Made by a program: the position numbers and the translations under genes
Notes under the pieces: generated by a model
Database searches by the model: none
What the model saw: the letters and a program-made list of their open reading frames with translations, nothing else
Told to the model about the DNA's origin: nothing
Part shown: positions 1 through 8,749 of the stretch, piece by piece
How positions within the stretch are numbered: position 1 is the stretch's first letter
Layout of the letters: every line of letters starts with the position of its first letter
NCBI GenBank assembly: GCA_041641295.1
Contig: JBEPYO010000001.1
Span: 410,776 to 474,775 of the forward strand
Direction: 5' to 3'
Source: Nitrososphaerota archaeon
GTDB taxonomy: Archaea; Thermoproteota; Nitrososphaeria_A; Caldarchaeales; Calditenuaceae
Length of the DNA: 64,000 bases

Positions 1-271
1 TTCGTCACGCCTACGGCAGCGACACGCCCCTCCCGAGAGGGCAGACCTCTAAGCGCCTCCCCCACCACGTATTTCGCCGCATCAAGTATCTCTAAGGGGT
101 CATGCTCAACCCAGCCCGGCCTTGGATAGATGTTCTTGTGCTCCTTGTATGCCCAAGAGAGTGGCCGCCCCATCTCATCGACGACTAGACACCTTGTACC
201 GGTCGTCCCCTGATCTATGGAGACAATGTATCTCAAATCCAAACCCCCCATGTGAGGAGTGCAGTAATATG
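1..271 (-). CDS. glpK: glycerol kinase, N-terminal part (the CDS continues beyond the window start)
   Basis: Minus-strand translation from the ATG at 271 gives MGKAYYCTPH...YIVSIDQGTTGTRCLVVDE...GWVEHDPLEILD, the characteristic FGGY/glycerol kinase N-terminus. The C-terminal part of the gene lies outside the window. Confidence 0.75.
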
Positions 272-391
272 CTTTACCCATAACACGCCTTCGCTCCCCC
301 AAGAGTAAATATCCGTAGAAGGTCTGCCAAAATGCCTTAATCACGGCTGGGATGTGAGTGAACGATTTTTATCCACGTCTCAAATTAATGG

Positions 392-970
392 GTGGGCTTG
401 AAGTTTAGATGCAAGTACTGCGGTAGAGAGTTCGCCACAGAGGTAGCTCTTAAGAGGCATACCAAGGACCTCCACAAATCGCGCTATTATGCGCCGAGGA
501 TAGTCTTAACACTGGCTATCGCCCTATTGCTGGTGGCCGCTGGAGCCTTTCTCCTCACGAGGCAGGGGCTTGGCTCCCCCATCTCAGGGGTTGAGTGCCA
601 GAGCAGTGAACAGGTGTCCTACCACGTCCACACACTGCTGGAGATATATGTGAGGGGGGAGAAGGTTAAGATCCCCGCCAGTATCGGGATTATTCCGGGC
701 CACTGCATGTACTGGCTCCACACCCACGATGAGACAGGGCTAATACATATCGAGGCTCCCCGTCAGATGCGGTTCACGCTCGGTCAATTCTTCGACGTAT
801 GGGGGCAGCGGCTGTCAAGCAATAATGTACTTGGAATAGACCTATCGTCCTCCAATCTCGAGTCAAGAGTATATGTTGATGGTGTGAGATATTCGGGAGA
901 CCCGCGGGAGATCGAGTTGGTAGACAATAGGACTGTAGTACTGGACATCGGCCCACCATTCGCGAAGTAG
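392..970 (+). CDS. membrane-anchored protein with an N-terminal C2H2-like zinc-finger motif; function unknown
   Basis: GTG start. CKYCGREF...HTKDLH matches a C-x2-C...H-x4-H pattern. One TM helix (IVLTLAIALLLVAAGAFLL) is followed by a ~130-aa predicted extracytoplasmic domain. Confidence 0.45.
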   Translation: MGLKFRCKYCGREFATEVALKRHTKDLHKSRYYAPRIVLTLAIALLLVAAGAFLLTRQGLGSPISGVECQSSEQVSYHVHTLLEIYVRGEKVKIPASIGIIPGHCMYWLHTHDETGLIHIEAPRQMRFTLGQFFDVWGQRLSSNNVLGIDLSSSNLESRVYVDGVRYSGDPREIELVDNRTVVLDIGPPFAK

Positions 971-1033
971 ATCTGAGTGGATGCTCCTATGCATCCGTGG
1001 CCACAGGGAGGGTGGCATCGTTAAAGAGGTAGT

Positions 1034-1570
1034 TTGTGGAGCATGTTGACGATGCTGAACCTGCTGGTGGCTGTAATCTATGTGCTCCCCGCATATATCG
1101 CTAATGGGACACCGGTGGTGGTCCTTCGATTCGCTAGGCGCGGCCACCCCCTCGATATGGGGATGGTAATGCGGGATGGTAGGAGGCTATTGGGCGACGG
1201 CAAGACGGTAGAGGGGCTGATCTCGGGCGTGTCTGCAGGCCTAGCGGCGGCTGTTCTTCTCCACACCCTTTTGCCCGGAGTTTACAGGAGCTTCCTCGAA
1301 GGTGGGCTCATGCCAATTGGCGCTATGGCAGGCGACATACTTGGGTCCTTCCTAAAGAGGAGGCTTGGGGTGGAGCGGGGAGGGAGCGCACCTGTCCTAG
1401 ACCAGCTCGGCTTTCTGCTGCTGGCATTACTACTCGCGTGGCTACCCTACGGGCCACCCGTCTGGGCAGACCCACTAACAATCATCCTACTACTCATAGT
1501 CACCGCCATACTCCACATCTCGACCAACGCCCTAGCCTATCTTGTTGGACTTAAAGAGAAATGGTACTGA
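1034..1570 (+). CDS. carS: CDP-archaeol synthase (CDP-2,3-bis-O-geranylgeranyl-sn-glycerol synthase)
   Basis: 178-aa polytopic membrane protein. N-terminal LPAYIANGTPVV and RRLLGDGKTVEGL motifs are typical of the archaeal CarS/DUF46 family. Confidence 0.7.
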   Translation: MWSMLTMLNLLVAVIYVLPAYIANGTPVVVLRFARRGHPLDMGMVMRDGRRLLGDGKTVEGLISGVSAGLAAAVLLHTLLPGVYRSFLEGGLMPIGAMAGDILGSFLKRRLGVERGGSAPVLDQLGFLLLALLLAWLPYGPPVWADPLTIILLLIVTAILHISTNALAYLVGLKEKWY

Positions 1571-1616
1571 GAGTCATAACCAGTATATAGAACCAGGCGC
1601 CCAGATACTAGATTAG

Positions 1617-1982
1617 ATGAGAAGATATAGAGTCAAGGTGAGGGCGATATGTGGACCTACTGAGTCAGAGTCGAAAGTGAAGAAGGCGATACTAAACATA
1701 CTCTCGCTGGAGCGTGAGCCACAATTCCAAGTACACCGGCTAACAGGGATATTCGGTGAGCCGCTCACCATCCTAGAGACAGGCGTCTCAGAGGATGAGG
1801 CTGAACGCGCCGCACGCCACCTCATAGAAAGCCTCTCAAGGGACTATATCTCGGAGAGGGTTGAGAGCAGCGGATCTGTGGAGACAATCCACCTCAGGTT
1901 GAACAAGCAGCTAGCATATCTCGGAATAATCCAGCCCTCCGAGGCTGACGCCATCAAGGTAGAGATAATCTCGCAGGGTTGA
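1617..1982 (+). CDS. conserved small archaeal protein (UPF0201-like?), unknown function
   Basis: 121-aa soluble ORF with good coding periodicity, lying between carS and the RNase P subunit genes. The family assignment is from memory only. Confidence 0.35.
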   Translation: MRRYRVKVRAICGPTESESKVKKAILNILSLEREPQFQVHRLTGIFGEPLTILETGVSEDEAERAARHLIESLSRDYISERVESSGSVETIHLRLNKQLAYLGIIQPSEADAIKVEIISQG

Positions 1983-2003
1983 GAGAATCGGCGGTGCTGG
2001 CTC

Positions 2004-2705
2004 TTGGCTAGGAAGTTCGTGGACGCTTGGCTTAGGCCGGAAAGCCGCGGGAGTCTAGAAGACATGTTGAAGTCTTGCCACGAGCTCGGTTACTGGGGCG
2101 TAGCCCTTGAAGTGGATGACAATTCTTGGAGCGAGGCCCGGAGGCTGGCAAACGCTTATGGTCTTGAGATTTATCGCCGAATCACGATTGAGGCTGGTTC
2201 AAGGGAGGAGCTGTATAGGAGGCTAAGGGCCGTCCGCTGGAGATACGACCTAGTTGCTGTTAAGACCAGCGACAGGGATGTTTTGATGGCTGCGGTTAGG
2301 GATATGAGGGTTGACACGGTCGTCGTTGGCAATACCAGCTCGCCGCCTATTGACAGGCATATTGTCGAGGTAGCTGGCAACTCTCTGGAGCTGGCTCTCC
2401 TCGACCTTCTTGAGGGTGGTTACGAGGCATTTCGCGCTGCAGCCAGGGTTGTGAGGGTCGCATATAAGAAGGGTCTTAAACTCGTGATCTCGTCAGGAGC
2501 TAGAGACGTGTATGGGCTCAGGTCTCCGAGGCAGCTTGCCTCGATAGCTTGGTCTCTGGGAGCCGCACCCGACTATGCTCTCAACACAGTCTCAACTCGC
2601 CCCTCAGAAATTTTGCTGGAGAACCGTGGACGGCTTGAGGGGCGTATTAGTGTGGAAGGTGTGTGGAGGGTTGCTGAGGGCGAAGAAGAGGTATCTAATG
2701 GTTAG
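2004..2705 (+). CDS. rnp3: RNase P protein component 3 (Rpp30, TIM-barrel/PHP-like)
   Basis: 233 aa. The architecture and C-terminal region (LVISSGA...LRSPRQLASIAWSLG) resemble archaeal Rpp30. It is adjacent to the Pop5 homolog, as in many archaea. Confidence 0.6.
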   Translation: MARKFVDAWLRPESRGSLEDMLKSCHELGYWGVALEVDDNSWSEARRLANAYGLEIYRRITIEAGSREELYRRLRAVRWRYDLVAVKTSDRDVLMAAVRDMRVDTVVVGNTSSPPIDRHIVEVAGNSLELALLDLLEGGYEAFRAAARVVRVAYKKGLKLVISSGARDVYGLRSPRQLASIAWSLGAAPDYALNTVSTRPSEILLENRGRLEGRISVEGVWRVAEGEEEVSNG

Positions 2706-2979
2706 GATTTCTCCACAAAGCCTCCAAGTGACGCCCGATGAGCTTAGAGAGGCGGTTGCAGGCGAGCTCAGCAAGCTTGGTGGATGGCTCGCACTTGCTG
2801 AGGCGGGCATCTCTGTTAGAAGGACTGGTAGGGATGGAGGCAAGTTTATACTTAGATGCAGTTTAAAGTCGATCCCGCTGGTCCTCCTCGCCCTCACAAC
2901 GGTTCAGAGCCTAAAAGGGGAGCGTGTAAGGCTGGACGTCACGGGGATTAGCGGAACGATAAAGGGTCTAAGGAGATAG
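2650..2979 (+). CDS. rnp2: RNase P protein component 2 (Pop5/Rpp14)
   Basis: RAKKRYLMVRISP near the N-terminus and VTGISGTIKGLRR at the C-terminus match Pop5 hallmarks (RDKKRYIAF...VLGVSGTIKRLKR in Pyrococcus). The start is uncertain: GTG 2650, TTG 2671 or ATG 2698. The ORF-track ATG at 2575 would overlap rnp3 by 130 nt. Confidence 0.65.
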   Translation: MWKVCGGLLRAKKRYLMVRISPQSLQVTPDELREAVAGELSKLGGWLALAEAGISVRRTGRDGGKFILRCSLKSIPLVLLALTTVQSLKGERVRLDVTGISGTIKGLRR

Positions 2980-2996
2980 TCTGAGAGCGTCAAGGC

Positions 2997-3896
2997 CTAT
3001 TCCTGACTCTTACCACACTTCGGACAGAATATGGTACCTTCAGGTATTGCTGCGCCGCAGAACTTGCATTGAGGGCTAGAGTAGACCCCAGCCTCACGCT
3101 TCTTCTCAATCCTCTTAGCTATCTGCAGAGAGACCTCCATCATCACGACCAATGGGAGGAAGAGAACCGTGTTACCGACAAGCCAGCCGTCAGGCGTTAT
3201 AAATGCGATGATTAAATAGAGTATACCGTAAAAGTAGACTCTGTTCCTCGAGAGTATGCTTGAGCTGAGTATGCCGAGTCTTACTAGTAGTACGAAGATT
3301 GCAGGGGCCGTGAATAAAAGCCCCATGGAACCAACCGTAGAGAAGACGAACATGTAGTAGTCCCCGGCCTCTATCAGCCGCAGCTCGGGTGAGATGCCGA
3401 TAATGTCGGCGAATATTGCCATGAACCTGATGATTAGTGGGACGACGATGAAGTAGCTGAAGAGCGCGCCCATCGCGAAGAGGCCGATAAAAGCTGTGAG
3501 AAACGGCCATATGAGACGTCTCTCTTGAGGGTATAGCGCGGGGTTGACGTAGGCGTAAATCTCGTAGCCTATCACCGGGATAACTGTGATAAATGCGACT
3601 AGTGCCGCAGCTATGAAGTATATCTCGAGGGGTGAGACGAGGCGGCCCGGAATTATCCTAAAATATCCACCAGCCAGTGATACCGTGAACTCTAAGACGA
3701 AACTGATTGCAGGCTTGTACTCACCCGTCAAAAGTGTACTGATCCCTGAGAGCGAGAGGTTTGAAGGAAAGGCAAGCCAGAAGATTAGAGCGACCACGTA
3801 ACTTATCGCGACCATCTTTAGCCTATCCCTAAGCTCTAGTAGGTGCTCCGTGAATGTCATCTCGTTCGGGTTCTTCCTCTCCCTCTTCCTCCCCAT
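2997..3896 (-). CDS. tatC: twin-arginine translocase subunit TatC with a C-terminal zinc-ribbon extension
   Basis: The N-terminus MTFTEHLLELRDRL is the TatC signature, and there are about 6 TM helices. The C-terminal tail CKFCGAAIPEGTIFCPKCG forms a CxxC...CxxC ribbon. Confidence 0.75.
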   Translation of the reverse strand: MGRKRERKNPNEMTFTEHLLELRDRLKMVAISYVVALIFWLAFPSNLSLSGISTLLTGEYKPAISFVLEFTVSLAGGYFRIIPGRLVSPLEIYFIAAALVAFITVIPVIGYEIYAYVNPALYPQERRLIWPFLTAFIGLFAMGALFSYFIVVPLIIRFMAIFADIIGISPELRLIEAGDYYMFVFSTVGSMGLLFTAPAIFVLLVRLGILSSSILSRNRVYFYGILYLIIAFITPDGWLVGNTVLFLPLVVMMEVSLQIAKRIEKKREAGVYSSPQCKFCGAAIPEGTIFCPKCGKSQE

Positions 3897-3960
3897 TCCA
3901 ATAGCCGAATGCTAGCTGGGACACGATGGATATAAATTAGTCGCGGCCTTCGAATATATA

Positions 3961-4434
3961 TTGATGGACGCTGCACGACAGCTCTTCCAATCCAACATAA
4001 TGGCCGCCTCAGCGGTCATCATAATGAACGTTATCGGTAGCTACGTCTCTTCAATAGGCGCTGGGATGGCATGTCCAGACTGGCCTCTCTGCCCACCCCC
4101 AGACAGTTTCCACGTGTTGATGGAGTTTCTCCACCGTGTTTGGGGGCTTGTCGTAATCGCCACCATCACCCTATCAGTCCTGCGGGCTAGACGCGTCAAC
4201 GCCGTAAGGGAGCTGAGGGTCGCCAAGATCCTGGTCTACACAAGCCTCGTAGTAGTGATGGTACAAGTAGGCCTAGGGGCGATTGTTATCTTCACAGCCC
4301 TGCTCCCCGAGCTGGTGGCTCTACACCAGCTACTAGCGCAGACAATCCTATCACTACAGGTGGCTGCGGCTGGGATTAGCTGGGCTGCGACCACCAAGCG
4401 TGTTGAGAAGGAGCAGATAACAGCGAAAGGCTGA
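3961..4434 (+). CDS. ctaA: compact (4-TM) heme A synthase-like protein
   Basis: 157 aa with 4 TM helices. It has a CPDWPLCPPPD cysteine loop, an EFLHR motif and a second His motif (LHQLLA) in TM4, as in the short archaeal CtaA described for Aeropyrum. Confidence 0.55.
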   Translation: MMDAARQLFQSNIMAASAVIIMNVIGSYVSSIGAGMACPDWPLCPPPDSFHVLMEFLHRVWGLVVIATITLSVLRARRVNAVRELRVAKILVYTSLVVVMVQVGLGAIVIFTALLPELVALHQLLAQTILSLQVAAAGISWAATTKRVEKEQITAKG

Positions 4435-4442
4435 AGCCTACA

Positions 4443-4598
4443 CTATTCTTTCTCTTCAGCCTCTTTCTCGCCCTTCTTCATCTCTTTGCGGAGCTCTCCA
4501 AGACTCCGGGCAAATTTTAGGATAGTATCAGGCTTGAAGAAGATTATCAGTAGGAAAATGACGACAATTATCAGGAAGGCCTCGAGCGGTGATATCAT
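4443..4598 (-). CDS. tatA: small TatA/TatE-like protein (51 aa; below the ORF-track size cutoff)
   Basis: Reverse-complement translation gives MISPLEAFLIIVVIFLLIIFFKPDTILKFARSLGELRKEMKKGEKEAEEKE: an N-terminal TM helix, then an FxP hinge and an amphipathic SLGxLRKE helix, as in TatA. It lies immediately downstream of the annotated tatA on the same strand. Confidence 0.5.
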   Translation of the reverse strand: MISPLEAFLIIVVIFLLIIFFKPDTILKFARSLGELRKEMKKGEKEAEEKE

Positions 4599-4600
4599 AT

Positions 4601-4927
4601 CTAGGTGGACGCTAGCCTAGCTTTTATCTCTTGGACTAGGGCTTCTCGGCTCTTACCCTCGGTAGAGATTCCCAGAGTCTTAGCCACCTCTAGCAGCTTC
4701 TCGTCGGGAAGGGATCCCACCTCACTAGACTGTACTGTCTTTCCATGCTCCTCCAAGGATGTCGCCTCTTTACTGGCCTTCTCGAACTCCTTTTTGGCTT
4801 GTCCGAAAGCCTTCGCTATCTTAGGAAGCCTTTCAGGGCCCCAAAGGAATAGGATTAGAAGCACCGCGACGACTATTAACCACTCAAAACCCTGAAATGC
4901 CAACCCTACTTCACCCCTAGTCTTCAA
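4601..4927 (-). CDS. tatA: Sec-independent translocase protein TatA/E
   Basis: FEWLIVVAVLLILFLWGPERLPKIAKAFGQAKKEFEKASKE matches the TatA TM helix, GP hinge and amphipathic helix consensus. Confidence 0.7.
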   Translation of the reverse strand: MKTRGEVGLAFQGFEWLIVVAVLLILFLWGPERLPKIAKAFGQAKKEFEKASKEATSLEEHGKTVQSSEVGSLPDEKLLEVAKTLGISTEGKSREALVQEIKARLAST

Positions 4928-4952
4928 ACCCCCTATTTAAGTGTTCGTGAAA

Positions 4953-5414
4953 TTACTCAGTTATCCATGCGTGAGAACCGTCGACGTAGACCTCTTTCTT
5001 GAAGAGTGCGGGCTCCTTCTTGTATCTCTCGACGGCTTCGCGGAGGGCGTTGAAGACTGAGGCCCTATGCCTTCCGGCGACGGCTACTAGCACTACGGGC
5101 TCGCCCGCTTTGAATCTACCATAGAGGTGCCAGATTCCGACGTATGATACGCCATGTTTCTCTGAGACCTCGCGGCATATCCTGTAGATTTCCAGGTTTG
5201 CGTTCTCCTCATATGCCTCGATCTCGAGATACTTGACCTCCTTTCCCGTACGGCTTTCGCGTCTAGCTACGCCGAGAAATATAGCCACTGCGCCTGCGTT
5301 GCCAGACTCGTAGATGCGCGACAAGTTTGATAATAGTTCGCCGATCCTGAGCTCGTGTTCTGCATAGACTCCCGGGCGCGGTAGGCCCTTCAGTCCAGCC
5401 TCCTCCAGACTCAC
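4953..5414 (-). CDS. moaE: molybdopterin synthase catalytic subunit MoaE
   Basis: 153 aa. GAVAIFLGVARRESRTGKEVKYLEIEAYEE...IWHLYGRFKAGEPVVLVAVAGRHRASVFNA is similar to MoaE family sequences. It overlaps the upstream Mrp/ApbC gene by 4 nt. Confidence 0.7.
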   Translation of the reverse strand: MSLEEAGLKGLPRPGVYAEHELRIGELLSNLSRIYESGNAGAVAIFLGVARRESRTGKEVKYLEIEAYEENANLEIYRICREVSEKHGVSYVGIWHLYGRFKAGEPVVLVAVAGRHRASVFNALREAVERYKKEPALFKKEVYVDGSHAWITE

Positions 5415-6478
5415 TGCGCCCCCCTCCTGACCGCCAGTACGCTTAGTGCAGCGGCTACGCGTCTCGCTAGGCTCCTGAAGCTCTCAGCAGCCTCAGATTC
5501 TGGATGCGAGACTATGATTGGTATACCTTCGTCGCTATTCTCGCGGAGTATGGGCATTAACGGTATTTCAGCAAGTAGTGGGACGCCTATGTCTTCAGCT
5601 GACCTTGCCCCACCTCCCTTGCCAAAGATGTACTCTTTCCGCCCGCAGCCCGGGCAGATGTAGTAGGACATGTTCTCTACTATTCCCAGGATCTCAACCC
5701 CGAGTTTCTGAAACATTCTGAGGGCTTTGATAGCTATGTCTAGGGATGCCTGCTGGGGGGTGGTTACGATTATGGCACCTGTTATGGGTATTGTCTGGGC
5801 GAGTGTTAGGGGTGCATCACCAGTTCCGGGAGGCAGGTCTACGATAAGGTAGTCCAATTCACCCCAATCGACCTCTAATAGCATCTGCCGCACAGCACCA
5901 CCCACAAGCGGCCCCCTCCAGATAATTGGTGTGTCGTCAGTTACGACTAGGCCCATAGACATCATCTTCAATCCTAAAGGCCCTTCGGCAGGTGAGATCT
6001 TCCCTTTCCCCCTTGCCTCGAACCTGTATGATCGTATAAAGCGTGTGAGGCTTGAGCCGTATATGTCGGCGTCAAGTATCCCTACGGCGGCTCCGGTCTC
6101 TGAGAGAGCAATGGCGAGGTTGGCGGCTACTGTAGTCTTGCCTACACCACCTTTTCCACTCCCCACCGCGACGACATTCTTTATACCGGGGATCTCTGAG
6201 GGGACAGGCCGCATTCCCCAGCCCTGCCTAACCCTCGCAGTAACCCTCATGTTCACAGACCTGACCCCCGGCACCCCCTCCACAGCGCTCCTCGCCATCT
6301 TCTCTATCTGGGCATTGAAGGGGCAGGCGGGCGTCGTCAACTCCAGCGTAAAGGAGACTTCACCATCCCTCACGCTCAAATCCCTAATCATCCCCATGCT
6401 CACAATATCCATGCCCAGTTCAGGATCCTTAACCCCCCTAAGGGCCTCTAGAACCTCCCTTTCAGTCGGCTTGGTCAA
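5411..6478 (-). CDS. apbC: Mrp/NBP35-family Fe-S cluster carrier ATPase (ApbC) with an N-terminal DUF59/MIP18 domain
   Basis: P-loop VAVGSGKGGVGKTTVAANLA and a CPGC motif near the C-terminus. The N-terminal domain contains DPELGMDIVSMGMIR...TTPACP, which is DUF59. Confidence 0.8.
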   Translation of the reverse strand: MTKPTEREVLEALRGVKDPELGMDIVSMGMIRDLSVRDGEVSFTLELTTPACPFNAQIEKMARSAVEGVPGVRSVNMRVTARVRQGWGMRPVPSEIPGIKNVVAVGSGKGGVGKTTVAANLAIALSETGAAVGILDADIYGSSLTRFIRSYRFEARGKGKISPAEGPLGLKMMSMGLVVTDDTPIIWRGPLVGGAVRQMLLEVDWGELDYLIVDLPPGTGDAPLTLAQTIPITGAIIVTTPQQASLDIAIKALRMFQKLGVEILGIVENMSYYICPGCGRKEYIFGKGGGARSAEDIGVPLLAEIPLMPILRENSDEGIPIIVSHPESEAAESFRSLARRVAAALSVLAVRRGAQ

Positions 6479-6593
6479 CCAAATGTCATGTGGTATCGCT
6501 TATTTAAAAAACGAATCCCTAAAACACGACAATGAGAGTCTATACAAACGGTATATAAACAAGAATACGGGTGTATGCGTTTGAATAAAGGCC

Positions 6594-8156
6594 ATGACGA
6601 TGCTAGAGTCTAGCCAGCTTGGCAAGCCCAGTCTAAGGCTGAGCAGCTACTTCGACGACCTCTACACCCTCAACGAGGAGGGGGTGCCGGTCTTTAAGAT
6701 GTTTATAAACGGCGAGTGGGTGGAGAGCCAGACTGGAGAGACATTCCCAGTAGACACCCCCATCGACGACAGTGTTGTGGCGTATGCACAGAAGGGGGGC
6801 GACCTCGACGTTGATGCCGCTGTCAGCGCCTCCCGCGATGCGAGGCCGAAGATACGGTCCATAGCTGCGATCGACAGGATAGAGATTTTCCACGAAACGG
6901 CCAAGATAATTGAGGACCACATAGAGGACTTTGTTAACGTCCTAATGCTTGAGGCGGGTAAACCCCGTGCAGACGCGGTAGGAGAGATAACAGCAGTTAT
7001 TGAGCGTATGAAGATGACGATGGAGGATGTCTCCAAGGTTGGAGGCGAGTATAGGCCCGGTGACTGGTCCGCTGACACGATGGGCAAGGTTGCGATCGTC
7101 CTCCGGGAACCCATCGGGACAGTAGGCGCCATAGGCCCCTTCAACTACCCCCTCTACATACCCGCGGCCAAGATCATACCAGCCCTCCTCTCAGGGAACA
7201 CGGTCGTCGTTAAACCAGCAAGCGACACACCTCTAAGCCAGCTACTACTCGCCAAGGCTCTCGAGGAGGCTGGGGTTCCAAAGGGGGCGCTCAACGTCGT
7301 TACAGGCCCAGGGCGTGTTGGTGCGAGGATAGCGGCACATGAGGACGTAGGCATGATATCCTTCACGGGGAGCACAGAGGTTGGCAGGGAGATCGCGAGG
7401 ATCGCGGCAAATAAGCGGCTCCACCTCGAGCTTGGAGGCAAAGCGTATGCAATCGTTCTGGATGACGCGGATATAGCATTAGCCGCCAATAGATGTGTTG
7501 CAGGCTCTCTGAGAAATGCTGGTCAGAGGTGCGACGCAGTCAGTGCAATACTGGTGGTCGAATCTGTGGCAGATGAGTTCGTGGATAAGGTGTTAGCCGA
7601 GGTTGATAAGATAAAGTTTGGCGACCCGCGGATTGAGGGTGTCAACATGGGCCCGCTAATTAACAGGGCTGCCGCAGAGAGGGTCAACGCCCTCGTGAGG
7701 GACGCGGTAGCTAAGGGTGCAAAGCTGCTTAGGGGAGGGAGCTATAAGGGCTGCTATCATGAGCCGACCGTACTCGACAGGGTTCCGCAGGAAGCCAGGA
7801 TCTTATGGGAGGAGACATTCGGCCCAGTAGTAACAATAGCTAGAGTCAAGGATGAGAATGAGGCAATAGCGATAGCTTCTAGGAGCAGATATGGCTTGGA
7901 CAGCTGTGTATTCACGAACAACTTCTACAGGATGTGGAGGGTGGCGAAGTCGCTCCAGACCGGTGCCGTGACAATAAATGATTTTCCACGCCACGGAGTC
8001 GGCTACTTCCCATTTGGAGGAGTTAAGGACTCAGGGCTGGGTAGAGAGGGTATAGGATACTCGATCGAAGAGATGATGGTTCTCAAAACCATCGTATTCA
8101 ACTTGGAGCCGGCTCAGCTCGGTAAGGTAAGGAGGCCAAAGCAGAAGCATCACTAG
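6594..8156 (+). CDS. aldehyde dehydrogenase family protein, probably a non-phosphorylating glyceraldehyde-3-phosphate dehydrogenase (GAPN-like)
   Basis: 520 aa. ALDH catalytic motifs ELGGKA (Glu) and GQRCDAVS (Cys) are present. Its neighbourhood with apgM is consistent with a glycolytic role. Confidence 0.7.
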   Translation: MTMLESSQLGKPSLRLSSYFDDLYTLNEEGVPVFKMFINGEWVESQTGETFPVDTPIDDSVVAYAQKGGDLDVDAAVSASRDARPKIRSIAAIDRIEIFHETAKIIEDHIEDFVNVLMLEAGKPRADAVGEITAVIERMKMTMEDVSKVGGEYRPGDWSADTMGKVAIVLREPIGTVGAIGPFNYPLYIPAAKIIPALLSGNTVVVKPASDTPLSQLLLAKALEEAGVPKGALNVVTGPGRVGARIAAHEDVGMISFTGSTEVGREIARIAANKRLHLELGGKAYAIVLDDADIALAANRCVAGSLRNAGQRCDAVSAILVVESVADEFVDKVLAEVDKIKFGDPRIEGVNMGPLINRAAAERVNALVRDAVAKGAKLLRGGSYKGCYHEPTVLDRVPQEARILWEETFGPVVTIARVKDENEAIAIASRSRYGLDSCVFTNNFYRMWRVAKSLQTGAVTINDFPRHGVGYFPFGGVKDSGLGREGIGYSIEEMMVLKTIVFNLEPAQLGKVRRPKQKHH

Positions 8157-8689
8157 ACACTGTTGAGATAGATACTCATCAGCAGTGCAGCTATACTTTT
8201 CAAGTCTCTAATTCTTCCATTCCGAATAGCGTCTAAAACCTGTTCGCGTGTTAGCCTGATGACCTTGATGTTCTCATCCACATCATGTCTCGGTACGCCG
8301 GCTGTGGATGCCCGACCCGCGAATATGTATAGTCGCTCGGTTGTGTATCCGGGGGTTGTGTAGGTCTCTGAGAGAAGTCTTAGACCATCTGCCTTCAACC
8401 CTGTCTCCTCTTCAAGCTCTCTCTCCGCGCACCTAGCCGGCTCCTCACCCTCCTCAAGCGTACCCGCAGGTATCTCGAGAGTCTCCTCGCCCACGCCAAT
8501 CCTGTATTGAGACACCAGAAGAAACCTCCCCTCAGCATCAGTCGCCACTATTGCCACAGATCCAGGATGCTCGACCACCTCTCTCACAACCTCCCGCTCA
8601 TCATACTTCGCCCTGACACGCCTAACGGAGACGAGCTTACCACTATAGACTAGCTCGCTGGAGACGATTTGGGGTGGACGGCTCATCAC
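8153..8689 (-). CDS. NUDIX hydrolase (ADP-ribose pyrophosphatase-like)
   Basis: Nudix box GTLEEGEEPARCAERELEEETGL, which fits GX5EX7REUXEEXGU. Confidence 0.7.
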   Translation of the reverse strand: MMSRPPQIVSSELVYSGKLVSVRRVRAKYDEREVVREVVEHPGSVAIVATDAEGRFLLVSQYRIGVGEETLEIPAGTLEEGEEPARCAERELEEETGLKADGLRLLSETYTTPGYTTERLYIFAGRASTAGVPRHDVDENIKVIRLTREQVLDAIRNGRIRDLKSIAALLMSIYLNSV

Positions 8690-8749
8690 AGTTTCACGGA
8701 TTTCTCATACGGAGATGTTTTTATAAATTAGCGGCGATGTGGTAATCCC

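Noticed and set aside
5931-6584. 217-aa plus-strand ORF
   Set aside because: It lies entirely antisense to the well-supported Mrp/ApbC gene (P-loop, DUF59). Its composition is Pro/Ser/Thr/Ala-rich, typical of GC-driven antisense frames, and it has no motif.
6662-7144. 160-aa and 95-aa minus-strand ORFs inside the aldehyde dehydrogenase gene
   Set aside because: They are antisense to a CDS with clear ALDH catalytic motifs. The translation is low-complexity.
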